Positions 1 through 7,984 of a DNA stretch of 28,583 nt are shown piece by piece. This stretch comes from Methanobacteriota archaeon. Its GTDB lineage: Archaea; Thermoplasmatota; Poseidoniia; Poseidoniales; Poseidoniaceae. The stretch spans positions 1 through 28,583 of the forward strand of contig JABIGM010000045.1 in assembly GCA_018650165.1 (NCBI GenBank). Direction: 5' to 3'. Position numbers and translations under genes: made by a program. A model generated the notes under the pieces. The model searched no databases. It had not been told where the DNA came from and saw only the letters and a program-made list of their open reading frames with translations. Position 1 is the stretch's first letter. The number at the start of each line of letters is the position of its first letter.

Positions 1-28
1 AAGGGAGACATTGGCGCACGGTTTGGAA

Positions 29-103
29 GGGTCTGTGGGTTAGCTTGGCCTATACTCGGGCGTTTGGGACGCTTGGACTCCAGTTCAAATCTGGACAGAC
101 CCA
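29..103 (+). tRNA. tRNA-Pro (anticodon UGG)
   Basis: Cloverleaf: acceptor GGGTCTG/CAGACCC, anticodon stem GGGCG/CGCTT with loop TTTGGGA, T-arm TCCAG-TTCAAAT-CTGGA, discriminator A103; no intron. Confidence 0.96.
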
Positions 104-129
104 CCTTCCTCGCTAATTTGGTAGCAATC

Positions 130-135
130 TTGATG
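130..135 (+). promoter_or_regulatory. TATA-like box (TTGATG) 29 nt upstream of ATG 159
   Basis: Same position and similar sequence as boxes upstream of many other genes in the window. Confidence 0.45.
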
Positions 136-158
136 TATTGCCTAGTCTAGTCAGTGTC

Positions 159-590
159 ATGGCAAATAGATGGAATGTAATGCAAAACAAGCCAAAACGC
201 AAGAGAAGAGTAACTATGGATTTGTATGAATTCTGCACCTTCTTAGTCTTCGTATCATTGGGTACGATTGGTTTAATGATTTTGCTTAAGCTCCCAAGTG
301 GTACATTTGATCATGTTTCTGATTCTCGAAATGGAATGATTGGAATTGGATTTTTAGTATCTGGGGCTTTATTATTGAGATTTGATGCAAATGCAAGAAT
401 TAGGGCAGCTAAGAAATTTGATTATGATCTGGCAGAATATGAAATGATTAGAACAAGATGGTTGGAAATGGAAGCTACGAAATTGGAAATGGAAAAGGAG
501 CATTCTCTACAATATCTAGCAATGGACCGTAGCAAACCAATTATTATTGAATCATACAAACAAGATGATTCAGATTCATCTGAAGATTAG
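159..590 (+). CDS. Hypothetical membrane protein (two TM segments, charged helical C-terminus)
   Basis: ORF track 138..590 starts at TTG; ATG 159 preferred because a TATA-like box lies at -29. Hydrophobic stretches FCTFLVFVSLGTIGLMILL and MIGIGFLVSGALLL. No family recognised. Confidence 0.6.
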   Translation: MANRWNVMQNKPKRKRRVTMDLYEFCTFLVFVSLGTIGLMILLKLPSGTFDHVSDSRNGMIGIGFLVSGALLLRFDANARIRAAKKFDYDLAEYEMIRTRWLEMEATKLEMEKEHSLQYLAMDRSKPIIIESYKQDDSDSSED

Positions 591-656
591 CAAAATGGTC
601 AGGGAGCGACCATTCAAAACAAACCAAATAAGGTTGAGAGAAAATCATCGAAATAC

Positions 657-866
657 ATGGTTTTCATTTTGAATGATCATTATGAGATAAAGATTAATCC
701 GTACGTATTTGGAATATGTATGCTGATATTATTGGCCGTAACATTTGTCATCCCTTGGGCGGGAATAATTACCGTGCCAACATATCTTGCTATTCTTTTC
801 GCAGCATTATCAGAAAAAATCGATTTTAGGAATGAAGAAATTTTTGAAGGTTCAGAAGAGGAATAA
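657..866 (+). CDS. Small hypothetical membrane protein (69 aa)
   Basis: Long hydrophobic core VFGICMLILLAVTFVIPWAGIITVPTYLAILFAAL; acidic tail ending GSEEE. Confidence 0.6.
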   Translation: MVFILNDHYEIKINPYVFGICMLILLAVTFVIPWAGIITVPTYLAILFAALSEKIDFRNEEIFEGSEEE

Positions 867-958
867 AAACCCTCAAATCAGTTGTTTTTGAATGGGCCAC
901 TCAGATAAATATTTTATCGATTATACTAATCGTTTTATCTACTACATTCACCATTATC

Positions 959-1084
959 ATGTATGTTAATTTGCCAAAGATTTTAGGTGCAGATGGAATT
1001 TTTAGCGATGAAACTTATGCATCATTTTCTTACAATATAAATTGGATAATTCCGATTGTATGTTTGACTATGCTAGTAATTTGA
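959..1084 (+). CDS. Candidate 41-aa microprotein with hydrophobic C-terminus (not in ORF track)
   Basis: ATG 959 to TGA 1082-1084: MYVNLPKILGADGIFSDETYASFSYNINWIIPIVCLTMLVI; AT-rich TTTTAT about 26 nt upstream; fills an otherwise empty gap. Confidence 0.3.
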   Translation: MYVNLPKILGADGIFSDETYASFSYNINWIIPIVCLTMLVI

Positions 1085-1134
1085 TTTAAGTTGCTAATTA
1101 TATCCTATCTTCCATGGATGAGGCTGATGTTGAA

Positions 1135-1440
1135 TCAGTCATCACGTGTATGAACCCAGATTAAGTGGAAACCGAATCGGGATTTAATAAAACAATCACA
1201 TTGTCCGATTTCTTGAGCCCAAACTTGCTTGGAAAACTCTTCAGCCATCTGCTTTTCGTGGAACTCTCCAAGGTCACCTTTTTTTTCAGATGTAGGGCAT
1301 GTAGAATAGTCACGAGCCATCTTTTTGAAGACTTTGAAGGGCTTCTTTGCACTAGTGATTTCATCAAGAATCGCTTGTGCTTGCGACTTAGAGCCAATTA
1401 GAATATGACTCGCATGTGCATACCGCCCAGGATATCTCAT
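1135..1440 (-). CDS. ppiC: Parvulin-type peptidyl-prolyl cis-trans isomerase (PpiC family)
   Basis: Rotamase motifs HASHILI, F..MARDYSTCPT..KKGDLGEF, KSRFGFHLI. Confidence 0.92.
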   Translation of the reverse strand: MRYPGRYAHASHILIGSKSQAQAILDEITSAKKPFKVFKKMARDYSTCPTSEKKGDLGEFHEKQMAEEFSKQVWAQEIGQCDCFIKSRFGFHLIWVHTRDD

Positions 1441-2267
1441 TTTACCACCCTCCTAATTGTAGAAACATGTACTCTGTCTGTTAAGTGAGTGACTACAAAC
1501 AAAAAGGGACAATAAATCCATCCAGTCACATAAGAGGCCCATGTAAATACCAATGGAAGGCTCGGCTTCTTGATTGTATTGCGAATAATTCTGGCATGCA
1601 ACCCCAATAGCAGCATAATGGAAACCTTTGGTAGGAATGTCAAAACTCTGATTCCACTTTTTTGTCCGCCATATATCGCTTTAACAGGGATATGTGCAAT
1701 TTTCCAACCACTTTCAGACAATCGCATCAACCACCAATTTGGGTAGCCATATCCTTTCCACGATTTATCCCAATTCCAAGACCGAAGCACAGCACTACTA
1801 GTTGCAGTATACCCACACTGTGGGTCACGAATAGTTTGGCCACAGGCCAGTGTAGTTAGAATTCCTAGCAGAAAGGTGCCAAAGCGCCGATGTAGTGGCA
1901 TTTTTTCTGAACGATCTAATCTTTCACCCTTTACATGATGAGTTTTACCTGAAATAATTGGCTTGATTAAATCCTCCATGTCACTGGGATCCATTTGTCC
2001 ATCGCCTGCCATCACTACCGATATGAATTCACAATCTAGTATTTTCAGTAAATGTCTGTGCCCGCTATCGATTGCAGCACCAACACCCTCTCCGGATAAT
2101 GTCACCAACTCAGCATCACCTACCAAGTCCCCTGTGCCATCGGTTGAACCATCGTCCACAACGACAACAGTGTCGACAAATTCAGGAATTGTGGCCAAAA
2201 CATTTGGTAAATGTTCAGCTTCATTACGTGCAGGGATGACAACACCAACATGCCAACTCCCGTACAT
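1437..2267 (-). CDS. Glycosyltransferase family 2 (DPM1-like)
   Basis: VIPARNE, VVDDGSTD, MAGDGQMDP, RDPQCGYTA motifs; ATGA overlap with the parvulin gene. Confidence 0.9.
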   Translation of the reverse strand: MYGSWHVGVVIPARNEAEHLPNVLATIPEFVDTVVVVDDGSTDGTGDLVGDAELVTLSGEGVGAAIDSGHRHLLKILDCEFISVVMAGDGQMDPSDMEDLIKPIISGKTHHVKGERLDRSEKMPLHRRFGTFLLGILTTLACGQTIRDPQCGYTATSSAVLRSWNWDKSWKGYGYPNWWLMRLSESGWKIAHIPVKAIYGGQKSGIRVLTFLPKVSIMLLLGLHARIIRNTIKKPSLPLVFTWASYVTGWIYCPFLFVVTHLTDRVHVSTIRRVVK

Positions 2268-2290
2268 GGCCCTCCGACAAAGGGTTGGAT

Positions 2291-2296
2291 GATGAA
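2291..2296 (-). promoter_or_regulatory. TATA-like box TTCATC, -29 from GT2 ATG 2267
   Basis: Minus strand GAAGTTCATCA, nearly identical to GAACTTCATCA at the same distance before ATG 3054. Confidence 0.55.
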
Positions 2297-2326
2297 CTTC
2301 ATGGAAGAACTACAGTAAAACAAATC

Positions 2327-2332
2327 TTCAAA
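2327..2332 (+). promoter_or_regulatory. TATA-like box TTCAAA, -29 from ATG 2356
   Basis: Positional conservation with the other boxes; divergent promoter pair with 2291..2296. Confidence 0.5.
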
Positions 2333-2355
2333 AGCCAATGAACAAAGTTCTAGAT

Positions 2356-2967
2356 ATGCAGATACGATTTCGTTTGTTGGCACTTGCGCTTACCTTACTG
2401 GTAATATTGCCAGGTTGTACCAGCCCAAAGGCGATGGAAGAAAGTGATGAAACAGTAAACGAACTTGATTTGCCAGAACGATTGAATCTTGTTGCAGATA
2501 CAGCAGGGAGAGATATCGATCGTGGTCCACAGATGAATATTATCGCAGATGCTAATGGTTCCAACACATTGTTACTGTGGGTTTCCACTGGGTGCTCTGG
2601 CTGTCATGACTGGACGGAAATGATCGCTGAGTCTATGCGTAATGGTAGTATTTCAAACGATACACGGATTGTAACAGTTCACCGTTACCCATCGTTTGAG
2701 AGCAGTGAGGAAGTTATCGAGGTGTATGCTACCGAAAATAGTACAACAAACTCCCTTTGGCCGGTAATGATGCCATTTGATGGTCAATCCGCCATTGACC
2801 TTGACAAGGGTGAAGAAACCGAATATGATTTCCAAACAGCGTTTGGTAATCCTGCAACACCATCTTTTACCTTGATTGATGGTGATGGAAACACACTTTG
2901 GAAAAATAAACAATATTGGGCGAATTACACAATGTTAACGGATGCATTAGAACTTCTAGACTCCTAA
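2356..2967 (+). CDS. Lipoprotein with thioredoxin-like (TlpA/redoxin) fold, CSGC motif
   Basis: Signal MQIRFRLLALALTLLVILPG-C (lipobox-like); WVSTGCSGC; ATPSFTLIDGDG cis-Pro loop. Start moved from 2338 to ATG 2356 on the basis of the signal peptide and -29 box. Confidence 0.75.
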   Translation: MQIRFRLLALALTLLVILPGCTSPKAMEESDETVNELDLPERLNLVADTAGRDIDRGPQMNIIADANGSNTLLLWVSTGCSGCHDWTEMIAESMRNGSISNDTRIVTVHRYPSFESSEEVIEVYATENSTTNSLWPVMMPFDGQSAIDLDKGEETEYDFQTAFGNPATPSFTLIDGDGNTLWKNKQYWANYTMLTDALELLDS

Positions 2968-3024
2968 TCGGTGAAGATTTAGACTTCTCAAACCGCTACT
3001 TTCGATGTATTTCTATCCATGAAC

Positions 3025-3030
3025 TTCATC
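3025..3030 (+). promoter_or_regulatory. TATA-like box TTCATC, -29 from ATG 3054
   Basis: GAACTTCATCA; supports ATG 3054 over the track start 2916, which overlaps the upstream gene. Confidence 0.55.
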
Positions 3031-3053
3031 ACTTAGAAGTATTCCCGGCAAAT

Positions 3054-3878
3054 ATGGAGTCCCTACGTATTGTACTACTGGGCAAGGACTTCGAATTGCG
3101 GTTTGTATCCTTGGTTGTCCGCGCTAGGGAGTTAGCAGAGGAAGTAGTTCTGTTTGATTTGGGTAGTGTAGATGAAACACTTGACCTCGCTAAAAAGGTC
3201 GATTGCCGTATCATCAATTATACAGATGCTGCACTAGTTCCGGACCTGGCTAAATCCTTGGCAGCAGATAACCCCGTTGAATACACTTTACTTGTGCGAG
3301 TCAATAATCGTCTGAAACTTCGAGACTTACCTTTGTTGGTAAACCGTGCACGTGAGAGTTGGGATGTTCACATGTCGTTTAGCAGCGAAGAGAGCGATAG
3401 TTCAAACCCACAAGAAATAGTTTATGAGGATGCAGAGATCTCACATCTAGCGGCATCGAGGAGGGGGTTAGATGCCTTATCACTTTCCAAAAATTCCGAT
3501 ACTCCTATTGATTTAGACCATGATTTACGTGTACGTGTGCTACACTCAAAGCCGGCCCCCAAAGTACAACAGAGAGAATCTCTTGCAAATGCCTCAAAGT
3601 TTGCTCAACTATTCTTTTGGATGCTAGAATCCAAACATCCCCTTTTGCTATTTGGAATCCCGGGAGTAGTTTTATTCCTAGTCGGATACAAATTATCTGA
3701 TAATGTCCTAGATACATTTGACGAGTGGAATCAAACTAGTGCCGGTGTCGGTTTAGCAGTAATTGCAGTCACATTGATGGGACTATTTGCAATGATGGTC
3801 GGACTTATGCTCTACATCATGGGTAAACAAGTAAAACAAATACAATCACAATACAACCACTTGCCCAAGGAAGAGTGA
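3054..3878 (+). CDS. Degenerate GT2-like membrane protein (probable pseudo-glycosyltransferase) with two C-terminal TM helices
   Basis: Aligns by eye with the GT2 at 16057..16989 (EEVVLFDLGSVD vs DDIICVDDGSSD; KHPLLLFGIPG vs KKPLLVLGLPG), but the DxD region reads LLVRVNNR. Confidence 0.7.
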   Translation: MESLRIVLLGKDFELRFVSLVVRARELAEEVVLFDLGSVDETLDLAKKVDCRIINYTDAALVPDLAKSLAADNPVEYTLLVRVNNRLKLRDLPLLVNRARESWDVHMSFSSEESDSSNPQEIVYEDAEISHLAASRRGLDALSLSKNSDTPIDLDHDLRVRVLHSKPAPKVQQRESLANASKFAQLFFWMLESKHPLLLFGIPGVVLFLVGYKLSDNVLDTFDEWNQTSAGVGLAVIAVTLMGLFAMMVGLMLYIMGKQVKQIQSQYNHLPKEE

Positions 3879-4600
3879 TTTTCTTGGAGAAGCACTTGAT
3901 CTGCTTTGATATGGATCGTGTTTTGGTAGATCATATGTCGACATGGCAATATGTATATGATAATTTAGGGATTTCAAATGCGGATGCCTTCGATCTATAT
4001 AATCAGGGCTTACTAGTTGAATGGGATTGGTTGAAAATGGATTTGGCACTTGTTAAAGAGGCACATCCTTCAATCACAGATGAAAAAATGCGCAACTTGT
4101 GCATTGGTACTCCATTAATGAAAGGGATCAAACAATGTCTCGATTGGATTACTGATAGTGGGCATGAAGTTGCCATAATTAGTGGAGGTATGCAAGAAAC
4201 TGCCAGAGATATTGCATGTATGTATCCAACTAATACTCCATGGCGAAGAAGGTGGGGCGGAATAAATCGTCACCGCGGCTGTGATTCCAAATTCCATGTA
4301 TTCACAAATGGATGGTTGTGTAAAACAGACGGTACGATAGATGATTTTGGGCGTTACCAAGTTCAGATGAACGGTAAAGGTGCAATTGTCAAAATGCTGC
4401 AAAGACGACTTGGAATTCCAAAGGAGAGGACTATTTCGATAGGAGATAGTGCAGGCGATATTGGGATGTTCCAAGAAAGTGAACTGTCAATTTGCTTCAA
4501 TCCATGGGACGAGAAGCCAGTTGCAGTTGCAAAGATGACAATCAGAAGCCGCGACCTACTTGATGTTCTTGAAGCGATTAAGCAACAAATCATGGAGTAA
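3875..4600 (+). CDS. HAD-superfamily hydrolase, phosphoserine phosphatase-like
   Basis: Motif I CFDMDRVLVD, motif II IISGG, conserved K (NGKG), motif IV IGDSAGD; GTGA overlap with the upstream gene. Confidence 0.85.
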   Translation: MIFLEKHLICFDMDRVLVDHMSTWQYVYDNLGISNADAFDLYNQGLLVEWDWLKMDLALVKEAHPSITDEKMRNLCIGTPLMKGIKQCLDWITDSGHEVAIISGGMQETARDIACMYPTNTPWRRRWGGINRHRGCDSKFHVFTNGWLCKTDGTIDDFGRYQVQMNGKGAIVKMLQRRLGIPKERTISIGDSAGDIGMFQESELSICFNPWDEKPVAVAKMTIRSRDLLDVLEAIKQQIME

Positions 4601-5921
4601 CTCTGCGTGAGTCACGCGGGAATGGAATTACTTCTCTAATGTGGTCAGCACCAGATAACCAAGAACAAACTCTGTCTACTCCAAGACCGAATCCTCCGTG
4701 AGGAACACCGCCGTATGTTCTTGTATCGATATAGAATTGGTATGGTTCACGTGGAACTCCTTCCTCATCAATGCGAGCTAGAATCTCTTCTTCCGACCAA
4801 GTTCTCTCTCCACCACCAACAATTTCGCCATAGCCTTCTGGAGCAAGTAAATCGTGGCATAGCACATAGTTGTCTTCATCAGGGTCAACCCTATGATAGA
4901 ATGGCTTTGCAATCTTTGGGTAATGAGTTAGGAAGTGTGGTACATCAAAATCCTGAGTCAGAACCTTTTCTTTGGAATAGTCCAAGTCTTGTCCCCATTC
5001 AATTTCTACATTCATTCCTTGTAGTGTTTCAACAGCCTCATCATAACGCATTCTTGGATATGGATTGTCAGCATATCTTGCAATTAAGTCAAGGTCTCTC
5101 TCAATCTCAGACAATTCATCTTCTCTCTCATCTAGCACAGTGCGCGCGATGTGTCGAACCAAGCCTTCTCCGTGTGACATAATTTCTGCATTTGATGCCC
5201 AAGCAACTTCCATCTCAGCGTGCCAGAACTCAGTAAGATGTCTGCGAGTACGGCTCTTTTCTGCACGGAATGATGGTGCGATTGTGTATAGTCTCTCCAA
5301 TGCAGGCATTGCGGCTTCAGCATAAAGTTGCCAAGATTGAGTCAAGTAAACCTTCTTTCCAAAGTATGGAACTTCGAATAATGTTGAGCCCCCTTCAACA
5401 GCCCCTGCAACGAAATTTGGTGCTTGGTATTCTACGAAATCCTTGTTGCGGAAGTAGGAATGAATTGCTCCAAACACACTAGATCTAATCTTCAGCATGT
5501 TGGTCATTCTGCCTGTACGCAAGTATAGGTGACGATTGTCTAGCAGGAATTCAGTCTCTCCACCATCAGCAGCCGCCATTGCGGACTCGGTGATTGGGAA
5601 TGGTGTATCTGCTCTTACTGCACCAACAACTTCAGCGCTTGAAACTACTATTTCATGCCCGCCAGGTGCTCTTTCATCCACATTGACAGTCCCTTTGAGG
5701 ATTAGAGATGCTTCAATTAATGCACCCTTCAATTCTTCAAAGGCTTCATCGCCTAAGGTTTCACGCTTAGCAACGCACTGTATTGTGCCTGTAGAGTCTC
5801 TTAGTACCACGAAACGAATCTTATTTGAGCCACGAGTTCTCTTAACCCAGCCTTTCAATTCAACCTCAGCACCATCATGTGCGCCTTCCTGGACATCTCC
5901 AATCCAGAACTCCTTCGCCAT
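4590..5921 (-). CDS. asnS: Asparagine--tRNA ligase
   Basis: OB domain GWV..R....RFVVLRD; GAVEGGSTLF, YLTQSWQLY, PSFRAEKSRTRRHLTEFWH, PHGGFGLG.DR, PFPR match archaeal AsnRS. Start MAKEF at 5921 has TTCAAG at -29. Confidence 0.92.
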   Translation of the reverse strand: MAKEFWIGDVQEGAHDGAEVELKGWVKRTRGSNKIRFVVLRDSTGTIQCVAKRETLGDEAFEELKGALIEASLILKGTVNVDERAPGGHEIVVSSAEVVGAVRADTPFPITESAMAAADGGETEFLLDNRHLYLRTGRMTNMLKIRSSVFGAIHSYFRNKDFVEYQAPNFVAGAVEGGSTLFEVPYFGKKVYLTQSWQLYAEAAMPALERLYTIAPSFRAEKSRTRRHLTEFWHAEMEVAWASNAEIMSHGEGLVRHIARTVLDEREDELSEIERDLDLIARYADNPYPRMRYDEAVETLQGMNVEIEWGQDLDYSKEKVLTQDFDVPHFLTHYPKIAKPFYHRVDPDEDNYVLCHDLLAPEGYGEIVGGGERTWSEEEILARIDEEGVPREPYQFYIDTRTYGGVPHGGFGLGVDRVCSWLSGADHIREVIPFPRDSRRVTP

Positions 5922-5944
5922 GTTCTGCCGTGCAAGGCATTGTG

Positions 5945-5950
5945 CTTGAA
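5945..5950 (-). promoter_or_regulatory. TATA-like box TTCAAG, -29 from asnS ATG 5921
   Basis: Positional match to the window-wide motif. Confidence 0.5.
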
Positions 5951-6147
5951 TGCCTCGCTTGTTCGGATGTAATATCGCTAATTCCAATTCGCTTGAAAAT
6001 ATTTGATTATTATCGGTATTCATTGAAGCAAATGTTCTTATTATTCAGGAAAGATTTGTCCCGGTTACTAGATAACCACCGGTAATTGCATTATTTGCGA
6101 CTCGTTATTGGGAAAGCATGAAACATTAGTCTGACAAATCTAAGTTT

Positions 6148-7056
6148 GTGTCTCGTACTGTGGTGTATGCTATTGGGGGAAATGCACTCTCGTCACCAAC
6201 TGGCGGAAGTGACAATGAGTCGGCATTTGTTCTAGCGAAAGTAATCAGCGATGTTGTTGATTTGCTTGAATCAGGTTGGAGAGTGGTTTTAACACACGGT
6301 AATGGCCCACAAGTAGGCCACTTAATGTCATTGGACCCTACGCAATCAATGGATGATTGGGTGGCTGCCACTCAAGGGATGATTGGGCATTCACTTTCAA
6401 TTAATCTAGATTCTATTTTGAAAAATAGAAATCGCCCAGAGGCTACTGCAGTTGTTTTGACAAGAGTGGAGGTAGATGAAAAAGACCCAGGTTTCAGATT
6501 CCCATCTAAGCCAGTTGGCCCTGTATTATCCGATGAACAGGTAATGACTGAGGATTGGGACATTGCTGAAACCTCCAATGGTCCAAGGAGAGTTGTTGCA
6601 TCGCCGTTGCCAAAAAGAATACTCGACATTGAAGTCATCAAAGCTCTTATTTCCGAAAATGCAATTGTGATATGCTGTGGTGGAGGTGGCATTCCAGTTG
6701 TTTACAAGGAAGGCCACTATTCTGGAGTACCTGCGGTAATAGACAAAGATCGGCTTAGTGTTTTACTTGCCCAAAACATTCAGGCAGATGCTTTGATAAT
6801 ATCGACAGCCGTCGATGCAATCCGTACTGGTTTTGGTACACCGGAAGAGAAATCCTATTCCGAACTCAGCGTGGATGAAGCTAAAACATTCCTAGAAAAC
6901 GGTGAGTTTCCAGTAGGTTCAATGGGTCCAAAAGTCGAATCGCTAATCGATGCAGTAGTCAACATTGAAGAGATAAAAAGTGTACTCTGTCAGCCAGGGG
7001 ATGCCATCAAGGCTCTACGTGGAAGTAGTGGCACTACCATCTCAGTATCAAAATAG
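6148..7056 (+). CDS. arcC: Carbamate kinase
   Basis: IGGNAL, THGNGPQVG, ATQGMIG, CGGGGIPV, AVIDKD, GSMGPKVE; GTG start. Confidence 0.92.
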   Translation: MSRTVVYAIGGNALSSPTGGSDNESAFVLAKVISDVVDLLESGWRVVLTHGNGPQVGHLMSLDPTQSMDDWVAATQGMIGHSLSINLDSILKNRNRPEATAVVLTRVEVDEKDPGFRFPSKPVGPVLSDEQVMTEDWDIAETSNGPRRVVASPLPKRILDIEVIKALISENAIVICCGGGGIPVVYKEGHYSGVPAVIDKDRLSVLLAQNIQADALIISTAVDAIRTGFGTPEEKSYSELSVDEAKTFLENGEFPVGSMGPKVESLIDAVVNIEEIKSVLCQPGDAIKALRGSSGTTISVSK

Positions 7057-7126
7057 ATTCTTGTGGGCTACATTTTACTAGCAAATAATTGGATTAAATT
7101 AAATACGACTTGACTGACCGCGGGCT

Positions 7127-7200
7127 GGGCCTGTAGCTTAGTCAGGTAGAGCGATGGACTCTTAATCCATCGGCCGCGGGTTCGAACCCCGTCAGGCCCG
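7127..7200 (+). tRNA. tRNA-Lys (anticodon CUU)
   Basis: Acceptor GGGCCTG/CAGGCCC, anticodon arm ATGGA-CTCTTAA-TCCAT, T-loop GGTTCGAACC, discriminator G7200; CCA not encoded; TTAAAT boxes at 7094 and 7099. Confidence 0.96.
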
Positions 7201-7203
7201 CTA

Positions 7204-7908
7204 TCAAATCAGTCGTCCGTTTGGATTGACAAATGTTTCAACACCATTTGCTCCTGCCAAAACTACAGCATCACACATATTGTTGAACAGGCCCACTTGC
7301 ACAACACCTGCAATCAACAAGATTTCCGCTTCAGTACGAATTGGATTATCAATCGTTGGTCCTGTATGTGCATCTGCAATCATATTTCCATTGTCAGTAA
7401 TGACGGGGCCATTTCCTGCCATTCGAATGTTCACTCGGCAATCTAATAGCCGACAAAGCGACCTTACTGTTGCCTCATGTGAGAACGGTGTAACTTCTAT
7501 AGGAAGGGGGAATGCGCCCAAGTTATCGACACGTTTTCTGTCGTCAGCCACGACGACCATGGCGGCGCTTTCTTGTGCAACTATTTTCTCTCTTAACAGA
7601 GCAGCACCTCCTCCCTTGATGAGCTGAAATTCTGGATCATATTCATCGGCCCCATCAATTACAATATCGAGTCCATCTATTTCTGAAAGTTCGACAAGTG
7701 GTATTCCCACTTCGATTGCTAATTTTTCTGTGGCTAAACTAGTTGGAACTCCTGTGATATTGAGTCCCTCCGCAGAGATTCTTCTTCCAAGTTCGATCAC
7801 AGTATGCTTGACTGTTGAACCGGTACCCAGTCCCACTTTCATTCCATCTTTCACAAACTTGCACGCTTCAATTCCTGCCTCGCGTTTGAGCGCCTCAACA
7901 TCTGCCAT
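7204..7908 (-). CDS. rpiA: Ribose-5-phosphate isomerase A
   Basis: GLGTGST, DGADE, KGGG.ALLREK, PIEV.PF, TDNGN.I.D motifs. Confidence 0.96.
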   Translation of the reverse strand: MADVEALKREAGIEACKFVKDGMKVGLGTGSTVKHTVIELGRRISAEGLNITGVPTSLATEKLAIEVGIPLVELSEIDGLDIVIDGADEYDPEFQLIKGGGAALLREKIVAQESAAMVVVADDRKRVDNLGAFPLPIEVTPFSHEATVRSLCRLLDCRVNIRMAGNGPVITDNGNMIADAHTGPTIDNPIRTEAEILLIAGVVQVGLFNNMCDAVVLAGANGVETFVNPNGRLI

Positions 7909-7984
7909 GTGTGGCCCAGAAGTCTGAAGTCAATAAGTAATGTGAAGGCGAATGTCTGAAGTGCTTAGAGTTCATGCCATAGGC

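Noticed and set aside
29-1134. Integrated element with an att duplication of the tRNA-Pro 3' end
   Set aside because: No convincing direct repeat of the tRNA 3' end was found (only a weak CTCAAATCAG near 872) and there is no integrase in the window.
2916-3053. Longer N-terminus of the pseudo-GT as given by the ORF track
   Set aside because: It overlaps the upstream gene, contains the promoter box, and GT2 similarity begins only at ATG 3054.
4605-4617. Dyad GCGTGA-G-TCACGC near the convergent HAD/asnS ends
   Set aside because: Short, and lies inside the asnS coding sequence (RDSRR); compatible with chance.
5922-6023. Extended asnS N-terminus (track start 6023)
   Set aside because: The OB-domain similarity and the -29 box both point to ATG 5921.
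6061-6082. Small dyad GGTTA-CTAGA-TAACC in the asnS/arcC intergenic region
   Set aside because: Only 5 bp per arm and no second copy seen; insufficient support.
4715-6085. Several plus-strand ORFs of 68-155 aa opposite asnS, and similar antisense ORFs opposite rpiA, the giant protein, the RNDs and truD
   Set aside because: Shadow ORFs of well-supported genes, Ser/Thr-rich, with no motifs or start signals.
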